The notes below the pieces were generated by a model. That model had not been told where the DNA came from. It saw only the letters and a list, made by a program, of their open reading frames with translations, and made no database searches. This document shows positions 26,992-34,983 of a stretch of DNA of 64,000 nt, piece after piece. The stretch is from the NCBI GenBank assembly GCA_016844925.1, contig JAERTI010000055.1:1459-65458 (forward strand). Reading direction: 5' to 3'. Source of the stretch: Candidatus Uhrbacteria bacterium. GTDB lineage: Bacteria > Patescibacteriota > Patescibacteriia > UBA9934 > GWF2-40-263. The translations under genes were made by a program, and so were the position numbers. The first letter of the stretch is position 1, and each line of letters begins with the position of its first letter.

Positions 26992-28509
26992 ATGGCAACG
27001 ACCAGACTCCGGTGGCTCAGCCGGTACCCAATCCCGGGAACAACTGGCCAGCTCATCGGTTCCAAAACAAACGGACTACGCCCTGCAGCAAACGCCTCAG
27101 GTGTGCTTTCAGAGCACATGTCCAACCACGTCCTGAAGAAAATCAATGGCGACCCAGAAGTTCTCGAAGAGATCCTCAGGGCCGTGGTCAACTACTCGGT
27201 GGCCGATTTCCAATGTGCCGCGCATGCGCGCACGGCCATCTTCCGGTGCCTGGTGCAAACGGGTGACAAGTACCTCACTCAACTAGACAGCCTGCTCACC
27301 AAAGCCCACAGGACCTTCTCCAGAATCCCCTACGCTCTGAACATGATCGGCTTCACTGAAGCATGCGGGTTCCGCTACGATCGCGTCGAGCACTACCTCA
27401 TGCTCATCGAAACCCTCGATACCTTCATGGCACGTGAGGTGGGGCCCTGGCTGCCACACGACGACAGACGGAAGCGACCTGCTTACGTTAGCGGTGCGGC
27501 CAAAGGCCTGTCAGAACAACTCGGTCTCGAACCAGGTTCTCTGAAAGCGCTCGGTAAGCCTCCGCTCAGACTTAGACCACGAACTCTCGCTCTAAGCTGC
27601 GAGCTTCACCTCACAGCGCCGGGCGTGAACGAGCTCATGCAGTACACCACGGCCGGCGGAATCGCCCTCACCCTCGGGGCCCTCTGGAGGACCGTCGATG
27701 CCATGCTCCACGCGGGCATGTCTTCCGGATCATTACGCAAGTTCGTCGAACGACTGAACGTCCCCATGCTTCGCTGGGCGCACCAATGCCTCCAAGCAGG
27801 CTCCATCGATCTCAAGATGGTTCGTGCACTACCCCAGCAGCCACTGGACTGGTACATCGCACAGAAAGACCTAAACCTAGACGTTCTCCCTGTGCTGAAA
27901 GCCTGGTCCGATGAAGGCCACCCCTGTGGGTGGAGTGAGTGGATCAAGTTGGGTGGTACCACAGACGCCTGGCAACAAGAGGCCAAAAGGCAGGAGCAGC
28001 GCAAACTCGAACGAGAAGCGCACTTCGCTCAAAAGCAGGCAGGGACAAAGCCGCCATCGCCGCGACCCAAACCAATCCCTACGGTGTCACCTGCGAATCA
28101 AACCCCCACGGGAAGAAAGCGACACCATCCTGGCCACAAAGCACAAGAGCAGACGCAGGAAATCAACTGGGGGGAGACTCTCGTGAATCTCGTAGAGATG
28201 GTTCAAAGCCACCTAGACGATGTTGATGACAATCTCTCCGCTGGAATCCTCCTCTCGCTCATCCGCTCGGGTGATCGCCTCATGCCACGGTCCCGCTGGC
28301 CCAAGATGAAACTCAACAAGCTTCGTCGAGAAGTGAAGCGGCTGGTCGACGGCGCAAGCAACCGTGAGATCAATGCCGCGCTTGGATCCCTAGAGGCCAT
28401 CCGCCTTGTCCGGCAGACCGCTGGCAAGTACCACATCTCCGAAACCACGCCGCGCCACACGGGCGCAGCCGAAATCCGCAAAAGGCTCATCAGCCTCTGC
28501 AGCTCCTGA
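26992..28509 (+). CDS. 505-aa hypothetical soluble protein (island cassette 2)
   Basis: RBS AAAGGAGA. No recognisable motif. Pro/basic-rich linker (..KPPSPRPKPIPTVSP..) between two helical halves. Confidence 0.5.
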   Translation: MATTRLRWLSRYPIPGTTGQLIGSKTNGLRPAANASGVLSEHMSNHVLKKINGDPEVLEEILRAVVNYSVADFQCAAHARTAIFRCLVQTGDKYLTQLDSLLTKAHRTFSRIPYALNMIGFTEACGFRYDRVEHYLMLIETLDTFMAREVGPWLPHDDRRKRPAYVSGAAKGLSEQLGLEPGSLKALGKPPLRLRPRTLALSCELHLTAPGVNELMQYTTAGGIALTLGALWRTVDAMLHAGMSSGSLRKFVERLNVPMLRWAHQCLQAGSIDLKMVRALPQQPLDWYIAQKDLNLDVLPVLKAWSDEGHPCGWSEWIKLGGTTDAWQQEAKRQEQRKLEREAHFAQKQAGTKPPSPRPKPIPTVSPANQTPTGRKRHHPGHKAQEQTQEINWGETLVNLVEMVQSHLDDVDDNLSAGILLSLIRSGDRLMPRSRWPKMKLNKLRREVKRLVDGASNREINAALGSLEAIRLVRQTAGKYHISETTPRHTGAAEIRKRLISLCSS

Positions 28510-28536
28510 CCCTCCTGAGGGTCTTTTTTCTTGACC
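28507..28536 (+). repeat. terminator/-35 junction module copy (stop codon included)
   Basis: TGA-CCCTCCTGAGGGTC-TTTTTT-C-TTGACC. -10 TACGGT 17 nt downstream. Confidence 0.7.
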
Positions 28537-28593
28537 AAGCCCTCCATCTCCCCTACGGTGGCCCTCCGGCGTACGCTGGTAAAGGAACGTACC

Positions 28594-29151
28594 GTGTCAC
28601 CACACCACACCCCTTTCGAGCAAAGAAAGGGGCCCACCTACTTCACCTACGACGAAGTGCTCGCAAAGAGCGACGTGCAGATCATTGCCCTGAGCCTGCT
28701 GATCCCCGTGATGTTTGGCGCTCTGGCAGCGGCCTGGATCTACTTCCCCATCCCAACCACCGCCCAAGACAACATCCCGCTCTTGGTGACCGCTGGCTTG
28801 ATCTCCTCGCTCTGCGCCGGAGGCATCGGCGTCTCGCGCCTCCTGCGCTTCGACCGCACGCTTCACGCCGTGCGAACAAGCGACGAGGGAAAGAGGCTCT
28901 TCAACCGAGGGAGCACCTTGGCCACACTCCACCAGGCAATCCTGAAGGAGGAGGAAGATAACCACTTTCCTCGAACCAAAGATTCCTTTGAAAAGCGCGC
29001 ACAACGCTACCTTGACCGCTGGACGTACTACATCTCGCAGGCCGAGGCGCTCCACCGAGAGCAGCACAACCTCCTCAAGCTCTTCTACCGAAACGAAAAG
29101 CAGCCCGATCCCTGGAAGGATCGATGCAACTGCCCCAAGTTCGGACTCTGA
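28594..29151 (+). CDS. 2-TM membrane protein with charged C-terminal tail (island cassette 3)
   Basis: GTG start 6 nt after AAAGGAA. ..IIALSLLIPVMFGALAAAWIYFPIP.. and ..LLVTAGLISSLCAGGIGV.. helices. Confidence 0.5.
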   Translation: MSPHHTPFEQRKGPTYFTYDEVLAKSDVQIIALSLLIPVMFGALAAAWIYFPIPTTAQDNIPLLVTAGLISSLCAGGIGVSRLLRFDRTLHAVRTSDEGKRLFNRGSTLATLHQAILKEEEDNHFPRTKDSFEKRAQRYLDRWTYYISQAEALHREQHNLLKLFYRNEKQPDPWKDRCNCPKFGL

Positions 29152-29179
29152 CCCTCCTGAGGGTCTTTTTTCTTTGACA
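29149..29179 (+). repeat. terminator/-35 junction module copy (stop codon included)
   Basis: TGA-CCCTCCTGAGGGTC-TTTTTT-CTTTGACAA. -10 TTAGAT 17 nt downstream. Confidence 0.7.
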
Positions 29180-29239
29180 ATTCAACAAATCAACGCTTAG
29201 ATACCGACGTCACAGCACGCGTGACAGAAAGGATGCTTC

Positions 29240-29518
29240 GTGAGCGAACAGAAGATTACCCCAGCTGCCCTGCGCACGGCCTTCAAGCAGTCCATCAGAA
29301 ACTCTCTGGTGGTGGCACTCATCCTGGTCATCTCCATGGCCGTTCTGAGATTCGGCGTCTCACCGGAACCCAACGCAGAGGCCCATGCAATCGTCCTGGG
29401 CTTTGCTGCGCTCCTGCTGGTGATCGTCCTCTGGCACATGATCGGCAACATCTTCTTCTACTGGACCCACCCCGTCCGACGCGCAGCACTCCCAGACCAC
29501 CAGGAACCCTCCTCCTGA
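29240..29518 (+). CDS. small 2-TM membrane protein (island cassette 4)
   Basis: 92 aa. GTG start 6 nt after AAAGGA (same RBS-to-start geometry as cassette 3). The overlapping 135-aa ORF in another frame reads through the terminator and is rejected. Confidence 0.45.
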   Translation: MSEQKITPAALRTAFKQSIRNSLVVALILVISMAVLRFGVSPEPNAEAHAIVLGFAALLLVIVLWHMIGNIFFYWTHPVRRAALPDHQEPSS

Positions 29519-29525
29519 CCACGCC

Positions 29526-29569
29526 GACCCTCCTGAGGGTCTTTTTTCTTTTCCGCAGAACCATTGACA
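29526..29569 (+). repeat. terminator/-35 junction module copy
   Basis: GACCCTCCTGAGGGTC-TTTTTT-CTTTTCC...TTGACA (29564-29569), 17 nt, TATATT (29587-29592). Confidence 0.7.
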
Positions 29570-29651
29570 TTTCAGTTAAAATGAACTATATTCTCGCTCT
29601 GCTTCATTTGTCATGGTGGAGCGGATGAACCCTACTGAAAGGAGACATGAC

Positions 29652-30491
29652 GTGAGGAAAATCCTCTTTCCCCTGCTGGTCGCGGCGGCCACGCTGCTCA
29701 CCGGCTGCTACGGAACGAACGTGGTCATCAACCCGGCGGAAGTCGGACGCGAGCTGAACCCCAGCGGGCTCAGCGAGACGATCCTCCAGCCGAGTTCCTT
29801 CAACCTCGACTGGTGCATGTACACCTGTCCGAAGCTGGTCCGCCTCGAGGTCGCCAAGGCCACCCGCGAGATCACCATCGAGCGCGTGTTCCTGCCCAAG
29901 AGCAACGTGGACCTCAGCGACGTCGAGATCGCGATGCAGTTCCGCGTCCGCCAGGACCAAGACTCCATCAACACGGTGTTCTCCGAGGTCACCCCGCAGC
30001 CCGCGGGTGTCGAGGACACCATGCTCATCTCCAACGAGATGATCTACGCCACCTACCTCGAGCGCATCGGCCCGGAGGCCGTGATCGAGGCGCTGCGTGA
30101 GTACACCGTCGAGGACGTGCTCTCCAACGTGGGCGAGATCGGCGCGCACTCGCGCGACATGGTCAACCAGCGACTGGGCGACAGCCCCGTCGAGGTGACC
30201 GAGCTCTCCTTCCCCAACGGCATCGGCGACCCGCCCGAAGAGGTCCTGGTGGCCAAGCGGCTGCTGTACGCGGTCGACGAGGAGAAGGCACGCGAGGTCA
30301 AGGCCCTGGAGGCCGAGCTCGCCGTGGAGGAGCAGCGCCAGGCCGTGCAGATGGCCCGCGCCAAGAACGACCTGGCCGTGGCCAAGGTGGTGGGCGTCCG
30401 CTACGACGTCTACACCGAGCTCAAGATCATGGAGCGCTTCGCCGAAGAAGAAGTGCCCCTGGGCTACATCCCCGGCGCCAGCGGCCGATAG
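29652..30491 (+). CDS. SPFH/band-7 (stomatin/prohibitin/flotillin/HflK-like) domain lipoprotein
   Basis: GTG start 7 nt after AAAGGAG. Signal peptide with lipobox LLTGC. ..SDVEIAMQFRVRQ.. and especially ..FPNGIGDPPEEVLVAKRLLYA.DEEKAREVKALEAELAVEEQRQAVQMA.. match the SPFH core including the DPPEEV hallmark. Confidence 0.7.
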   Translation: MRKILFPLLVAAATLLTGCYGTNVVINPAEVGRELNPSGLSETILQPSSFNLDWCMYTCPKLVRLEVAKATREITIERVFLPKSNVDLSDVEIAMQFRVRQDQDSINTVFSEVTPQPAGVEDTMLISNEMIYATYLERIGPEAVIEALREYTVEDVLSNVGEIGAHSRDMVNQRLGDSPVEVTELSFPNGIGDPPEEVLVAKRLLYAVDEEKAREVKALEAELAVEEQRQAVQMARAKNDLAVAKVVGVRYDVYTELKIMERFAEEEVPLGYIPGASGR

Positions 30492-30503
30492 AAGGAGAAC
30501 GAC

Positions 30504-30887
30504 ATGAACTTCCTCGGACTGATTTCCTTCCTGGTCTTCGTCGCCCTCCTGATCGGCGGCGGTCTCTGGGCGATCCGTCACTCCATCACCCGTGAGGAGG
30601 AGGACGAGCGGAAGATCTTCAAGTACGGTGGCTGGGTGGCCATCGCCCTGGGGGTGTTCATCACCCTGGGCGTGCTCAACAGCTACGGCAAGATCGACGC
30701 CCCCAACCCCCTATCCGCTCCCGAAGCCGAGATCTCCTCGGTTCCCGCGGAGCGCGCCGAACCCCGAGCCCCCACCTTCGAAGAGGACACCACTCCCTCG
30801 GAGATGGAGAAGGCGCGGGAGGATCAGCGCAAGTCGGTGGACGAGTTCACCGAGCACACGAGCAAGGACGACGCGACCGACGAGTAG
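30504..30887 (+). CDS. small 2-TM membrane protein, likely SPFH-partner (NfeD/YqiJ-like role)
   Basis: 127 aa. RBS GAAGGAGA. Two TM helices then an acidic tail. Starts 13 nt after the SPFH gene (operon). Confidence 0.5.
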   Translation: MNFLGLISFLVFVALLIGGGLWAIRHSITREEEDERKIFKYGGWVAIALGVFITLGVLNSYGKIDAPNPLSAPEAEISSVPAERAEPRAPTFEEDTTPSEMEKAREDQRKSVDEFTEHTSKDDATDE

Positions 30888-30902
30888 TCGCGCCCCTGCA
30901 CC

Positions 30903-30928
30903 CCTGGCCACACCGGTCAGGGTTTTTA
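30903..30928 (+). terminator. terminator after SPFH operon, with an adjacent convergent terminator for the minus-strand hydroxylase gene at ~30940-30965
   Basis: CCCTGG-CCACACCGGT-CAGGG+TTTTT. The second hairpin is CACCGC-tgcgt-GCGGTG with an A-run on the plus strand. Confidence 0.5.
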
Positions 30929-30966
30929 CATACAAAAAAATCACCGCTGCGTGCGGTGAGTTGCGT

Positions 30967-31851
30967 CTAGCCAGCGTCGGCGCGCTGGAAGGTTGCCCAG
31001 CGCCAGGGCGTGAGCCAGTGGGCGGTGAGCGTGGGCGGTATCTCGACGTCCTGCAAGCCAACTTGCTCGAGCTCTCGATCCTTGGGCAAGAACCGAGTGC
31101 CAAACACGATGTCCCACAGAATCAGGTTGCTGGAGAAGTTGGTGTTGGACTCCCCCATGACCTCACTGTGATGCCAGCGGTGCAAGTCGCACGTCGCCAA
31201 GATCCAGTTGAGCGGACCGAGGATCACGCGGATGTTGGCGTGCTGCATGCCACCGTTAATGGCCGTGAAGACACTGAACAGCACCAACGTCTGCGAACTC
31301 GCTCCCAGCAGGACCAGCGGCGCCACGGGCGCGAGGTACGTTGCCAGGAAGTTGATCGGGTGCAGGCGCGTGGCCGAGAAGAAGTACAGCTTGTCCGAGC
31401 TGTGATGCACCGCATGGATGCGCCAGAGCCAGTCCCACTTGTGCAGCGCGCGGTGCGCCCAGTAGAACCCGAAGTCGCCGATGACCAGCGCGAGCAAGAG
31501 CTCGAGCGAGAGTGGCCAGTGGTGTGGCCACAGGCTGCTGCCCGCCATCGCGGCCGCCTTCATGGATCCCCAGACCAGTGCACTGAAGCACACGGCCTGC
31601 ACTAGCGGCGGAAAGATCACCGCCGTGAAGATGAGATGCCAGAGATCCACCTTCACTTCACGGCGCCCTACGCGCCAGTCCTCTCGGTGCGGCATGCACA
31701 CCTGCACGATCATCACCGCCACCCCCGCCACAATGGTCGTGGCAAAGGTGATCAGCGTCTCGTCCACCCCCAACGTCAGCAGCGATCCAGCTGTGACCAG
31801 GGCGATCAGCAGAACTCCCGGGTACAGCGCGTGTTCAATCAGCTTCATCAT
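30967..31851 (-). CDS. fatty-acid hydroxylase superfamily protein (sterol desaturase / C-4 methyl-sterol oxidase-like), multi-TM
   Basis: Three histidine boxes in canonical order: HRALH, HAVHH, HRWHH. Four or more TM helices. GC-rich. Confidence 0.7.
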   Translation of the reverse strand: MMKLIEHALYPGVLLIALVTAGSLLTLGVDETLITFATTIVAGVAVMIVQVCMPHREDWRVGRREVKVDLWHLIFTAVIFPPLVQAVCFSALVWGSMKAAAMAGSSLWPHHWPLSLELLLALVIGDFGFYWAHRALHKWDWLWRIHAVHHSSDKLYFFSATRLHPINFLATYLAPVAPLVLLGASSQTLVLFSVFTAINGGMQHANIRVILGPLNWILATCDLHRWHHSEVMGESNTNFSSNLILWDIVFGTRFLPKDRELEQVGLQDVEIPPTLTAHWLTPWRWATFQRADAG

Positions 31852-31975
31852 TACCCCCTATCCGAGCCCGAGCGGCTCGAAGCCAGATTGTCACGCACAT
31901 GCGTGAGTGTCAATAAAGAGTTGACAAGCCCCCCTTGGGGCCCTAACCTCCAATCACCTGCGACTGGAGATTGAC

Positions 31976-32803
31976 ATGCAGAGAATCTTGGAGATTGCGC
32001 AGAAGGCCGCCAAGGCCGGCGGGCAAGAACTCGCCCGATTCCGTGGTGAGAGGATCGCCCTGGAGAAACGCACCAAGCTGGACGGCTCGGTGGTCACCGC
32101 CGCCGACGGTGCGGCTTCCGTCGTGATCCGAGATGTCATCCTGGCCCACGACCGCGACGCGTTCATCGTGGACGAAGAAGACCCGACCTCGCACGATCGC
32201 GAGCGCCCGGACCGCATGTGGGTCGTGGACCCCCTCGACGGAACCCGCACCTTCGCCAGCGGCAGGGATGGCTACTGCACCCTCGTCGGCTACGTGGTAG
32301 ATGGTGTCCCCCGCGTGGGAGTCATCTACTTCCCGGACACGAAGATCATCGTCTACGGCGGCAAGGGTCTCGGCGCGTGGATCGACGCCCCGTCGCTCAC
32401 CAGGCCCACCCGTCTTGCGGGATGGTCGCCTGAGGCCCTCGAGAACAGCAGGCTGTTCATCCCGGACAAGCCCGAGGCGCGTGAGCTCTACAAGCGCCTG
32501 ACCACCGCGCTGGGCACCAACCAGCTGGAAGGTCAGAACATCGCAGGGGCCATGTACCTGGCCCTGCTGCGCAACGCCTGCGAGTTCGTCATCACCCGCA
32601 TGGACAACCCGTTCATCTGGGACATCGCGGCCCCGCACGCCCTCCTGCTCGCCATCGGTGGCGACATCGTGAACCTACGCGGAGAGCCCATCGACTACCA
32701 GAGAACCACCCTGCTGGAGCACGGCACGATCGGAATGATCCACCCGCACCTCCTCCCCCAGATCCTCGAGCGTCTTCCCCCACTGGAACAGATGCGGATC
32801 TGA
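31976..32803 (+). CDS. inositol-monophosphatase family phosphatase (CysQ/SuhB-like)
   Basis: ..DGSVVTAADGAASVVIRDVI........FIVDEEDP.. and ..WVVDPLDGTRTFASG.. (WxxDP(I/L)DGT motif). Terminator CCGCCT..AGGCGG+ATTTTTG follows. Confidence 0.7.
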   Translation: MQRILEIAQKAAKAGGQELARFRGERIALEKRTKLDGSVVTAADGAASVVIRDVILAHDRDAFIVDEEDPTSHDRERPDRMWVVDPLDGTRTFASGRDGYCTLVGYVVDGVPRVGVIYFPDTKIIVYGGKGLGAWIDAPSLTRPTRLAGWSPEALENSRLFIPDKPEARELYKRLTTALGTNQLEGQNIAGAMYLALLRNACEFVITRMDNPFIWDIAAPHALLLAIGGDIVNLRGEPIDYQRTTLLEHGTIGMIHPHLLPQILERLPPLEQMRI

Positions 32804-32863
32804 ACGCCCCGCCTAAGGCCTAAAACCAAAGGCGGATTTTTGTTATCCACACCCAACCCTTGC

Positions 32864-32905
32864 GTTCGGTTTTTGTTCGGTGCACAATGCGAACAGAAAG
32901 CGAAC
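32864..32905. promoter_or_regulatory. candidate LexA operator: 16-nt-arm imperfect palindrome GTTCGGTTTTTGTTCG-N10-CGAACAGAAAGCGAAC, 10 nt upstream of lexA
   Basis: Seen directly in sequence. Each arm is itself a GTTCG/CGAAC direct repeat. GAAC/GTTC half-sites are the core of Gram-positive-type SOS boxes. Confidence 0.45.
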
Positions 32906-32914
32906 AGCAAATCT

Positions 32915-33529
32915 ATGTCCAATCTCACAAAGAAACAATCAGAAGTGCTCAAGATCATTCGCCAGCACCTCGACACCGAAGGCTACGCCCCTTCGTACCG
33001 AGAGATCGCCGATGCTCTCGGCCTCTCCTCCCCCTCCACCATCCACGCGCATGTTCAAGCACTCGTGGAGAAAGGCCTGATCGCCACCGGTGAGGATGGT
33101 CGCGCACGCTCCATCGAGCTCGTCGACGAATCTCCTAAGGGACCTTCCGTCATGCTACCGCTTATGGGCATCATCACCGCTGGTCAACCTATTGAGGCTG
33201 TGGAGGACAATGAAGCCATGGCCGTGCCAGCAGACTTTGTCCTGGACGGCTCCAACTCATTCGTCCTGCGGGTAAAGGGCCGCTCCATGATTGAAGACGG
33301 CATCCTTGATGGAGACTTCGTCGTCATCGAGCGCAACCCTTCACCACGCAACGGTGAAGTCGTCGTCGCGCTGATGGACAATGCTTTTGCCACACTGAAA
33401 CGATTTTACCGAGAAAGAAACCGTATCAGACTTCAACCCGCAAACAGCACCATGGAACCAATCTACGTCCAAGATTGCATCATCCAAGGCGTTGTCCGAG
33501 CTGTCATACGAAAATTCCAACCAGTGTAG
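32915..33529 (+). CDS. lexA: LexA repressor
   Basis: N-terminal winged HTH (..LTKKQSEVLKIIRQHLDTEGYAPSYREIADALGLSSPSTIHAHVQALVEKGLI..). Cleavage-site region ..ITAGQPI.. C-terminal S24 peptidase (..VKGRSM......DGD.VVIE........GEVVVAL.D..ATLKRF). Start taken at internal ATG 32915. Confidence 0.9.
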   Translation: MSNLTKKQSEVLKIIRQHLDTEGYAPSYREIADALGLSSPSTIHAHVQALVEKGLIATGEDGRARSIELVDESPKGPSVMLPLMGIITAGQPIEAVEDNEAMAVPADFVLDGSNSFVLRVKGRSMIEDGILDGDFVVIERNPSPRNGEVVVALMDNAFATLKRFYRERNRIRLQPANSTMEPIYVQDCIIQGVVRAVIRKFQPV

Positions 33530-34182
33530 TGAGACGTTTGGCCTGATTCGATAGCGAAGGGATCACGCAATCGAATCAACACAAACGAAAAAGCGCTCCG
33601 TCCGGCAAGACATTGAAGCGCTTCTCAGGAACTACCTAGTTACGCCACGGGACGATTCCCGCGCGTATGGCAGCTTTTGAATTGTAAACACAGGAGGGCT
33701 TGGAGAGCAAATGTCGGGATGCTCTCTAGGCCTAACCTCATCTAGTCCGGAGGTTCCGCTGCAAGGCTGGGGACAGGAAAGACCACACTCTGCTGGGTGC
33801 CAGAGTCGTCACGTCCGAGATCCTCTTTGCGGCCGAACCTTCGTCCTAGACGACGATGATCCCTTAATTCACAAAAAATATAGACTGTTTCAAAAATCGA
33901 TGAGATTGCCTTGAATGGGCTGCCAACCCTGAAGATGTACTAACAGGTACATTGAAGGGATGGCTGGGCGCCCATGAAAGGCAAGATCGCTATTTTTGGA
34001 AGAGTCATCCATGCTTATGTCTTCTGCAGCTTTACGCCACACGGCCATCACCCTCTCGTTCCTTCCCTACAAACGGGACCGTCGTCTTACAAAAAACATA
34101 CGTTCCCTCCGTCTCCGTGCCTCTCGCCGGCGTGCGAAGCAGGCCATGCGTCACGTTCTTACTCGCATGAAAACCGCTGGCT

Positions 34183-34431
34183 ATGCACGAACTTCTTAAT
34201 GACCCTGTGGACGTGATGGTCTCATTTGCAGACAATCGCGTCCTTCCACGCACCATGCGCTGGAATCAGAAAGACTACAAGATCGAGAACATTAACCTGG
34301 TTCACACCGTCCGTGAGGGTCGTAAGAAAGTCTTCTACTTCTCTGTCTCAGACCTCAACAACTATTTCAAACTCAAACTTGATCCAGAGAATCTCGATTG
34401 GAGACTGGTGGAGTTGTATACGGATGGATAA
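34183..34431 (+). CDS. hypothetical small protein
   Basis: 82-aa ORF with protein-like composition (..VREGRKKVFYFSVSDLNNYFKLKLDPENLDWRLVEL..). Overlaps a preceding 67-aa Arg-rich ORF. No RBS seen. Confidence 0.3.
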   Translation: MHELLNDPVDVMVSFADNRVLPRTMRWNQKDYKIENINLVHTVREGRKKVFYFSVSDLNNYFKLKLDPENLDWRLVELYTDG

Positions 34432-34451
34432 GAAAAAAGCATCCGTAGATG

Positions 34452-34937
34452 CTAGTGATGGAGCCGAAGCTCGAAGTGTCGATCTGAGCCGTCGACTAGC
34501 GTGAAGCCGAGCTTCTGGTAGAGAGACCGTGCGGCTTCGTGCCAGGGCTCGCTTACGAGCCTGATGACCGCAAGCCGTGGCCGAACCTCACGGGCTTGCG
34601 CCAGCAAGTCCTCCATGACCACACGCCCAAGGCCGCAGCCTCGGAAGTCGGTGTCGACCAGAACGTACTCAACGCTGCCGACACCCTTGCGCCAGTCGTA
34701 ACTCACCATGAGCAGGGCCACCGCGACCATCTGGCGGGTCTCTCGCTCACGAATGATCGAGATGCGTGTCCGCGTGCGGTCCATGAGCCTGGCCTGGAAC
34801 AATGCGTCGCGATACTCCAGATCTCCAGAGCGAAGCAGATCCTGCCCACGTTCGTTCAGAAACGTCAGGCAATCTCGGTAGTCTTCCAGCCGAGCGGCTG
34901 CGATTCTGAAACGATCATCGTCAAAGGGCATGATCAC
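34452..34937 (-). CDS. GNAT-family N-acetyltransferase
   Basis: 161 aa. ..VDTDFRGCGLGRVVMEDLLAQAR.. (acetyl-CoA-binding motif A, Q/RxxGxG/A). GC-rich. Confidence 0.7.
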   Translation of the reverse strand: MIMPFDDDRFRIAAARLEDYRDCLTFLNERGQDLLRSGDLEYRDALFQARLMDRTRTRISIIRERETRQMVAVALLMVSYDWRKGVGSVEYVLVDTDFRGCGLGRVVMEDLLAQAREVRPRLAVIRLVSEPWHEAARSLYQKLGFTLVDGSDRHFELRLHH

Positions 34938-34983
34938 CTCCTTAGAAAAGACCCTACCAGACCCTCATGACCCGTCAATCACC

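Noticed and set aside
26499-27191. 230-aa minus-strand ORF and other antisense ORFs across the 26-33 kb island (26533..26883, 29604..30581, 30592..31605, 31943..32638)
   Set aside because: GC-rich antisense artefacts. The sense genes have RBSs, motifs (SPFH DPPEEV, His boxes, WxxDPLDGT) and module-defined boundaries.
29221-29628. 135-aa ORF starting at ATG 29233 downstream of the AAAGGA RBS
   Set aside because: It reads straight through the conserved terminator hairpin and T-tract into the next promoter. The GTG-initiated 92-aa frame (29240..29518) stops just before the module, like the neighbouring cassettes.
33545-33700. Possible tmRNA 5' end (GGCCTGATTCGATAGCGAAGGGATCACGC resembles GGGGCUGAUUC...GGAUUCGAC...)
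   Set aside because: No matching T-arm/CCA 3' end or tag-peptide reading frame ending in AA-stop could be found by eye. Kept only as an unassigned region in the findings.
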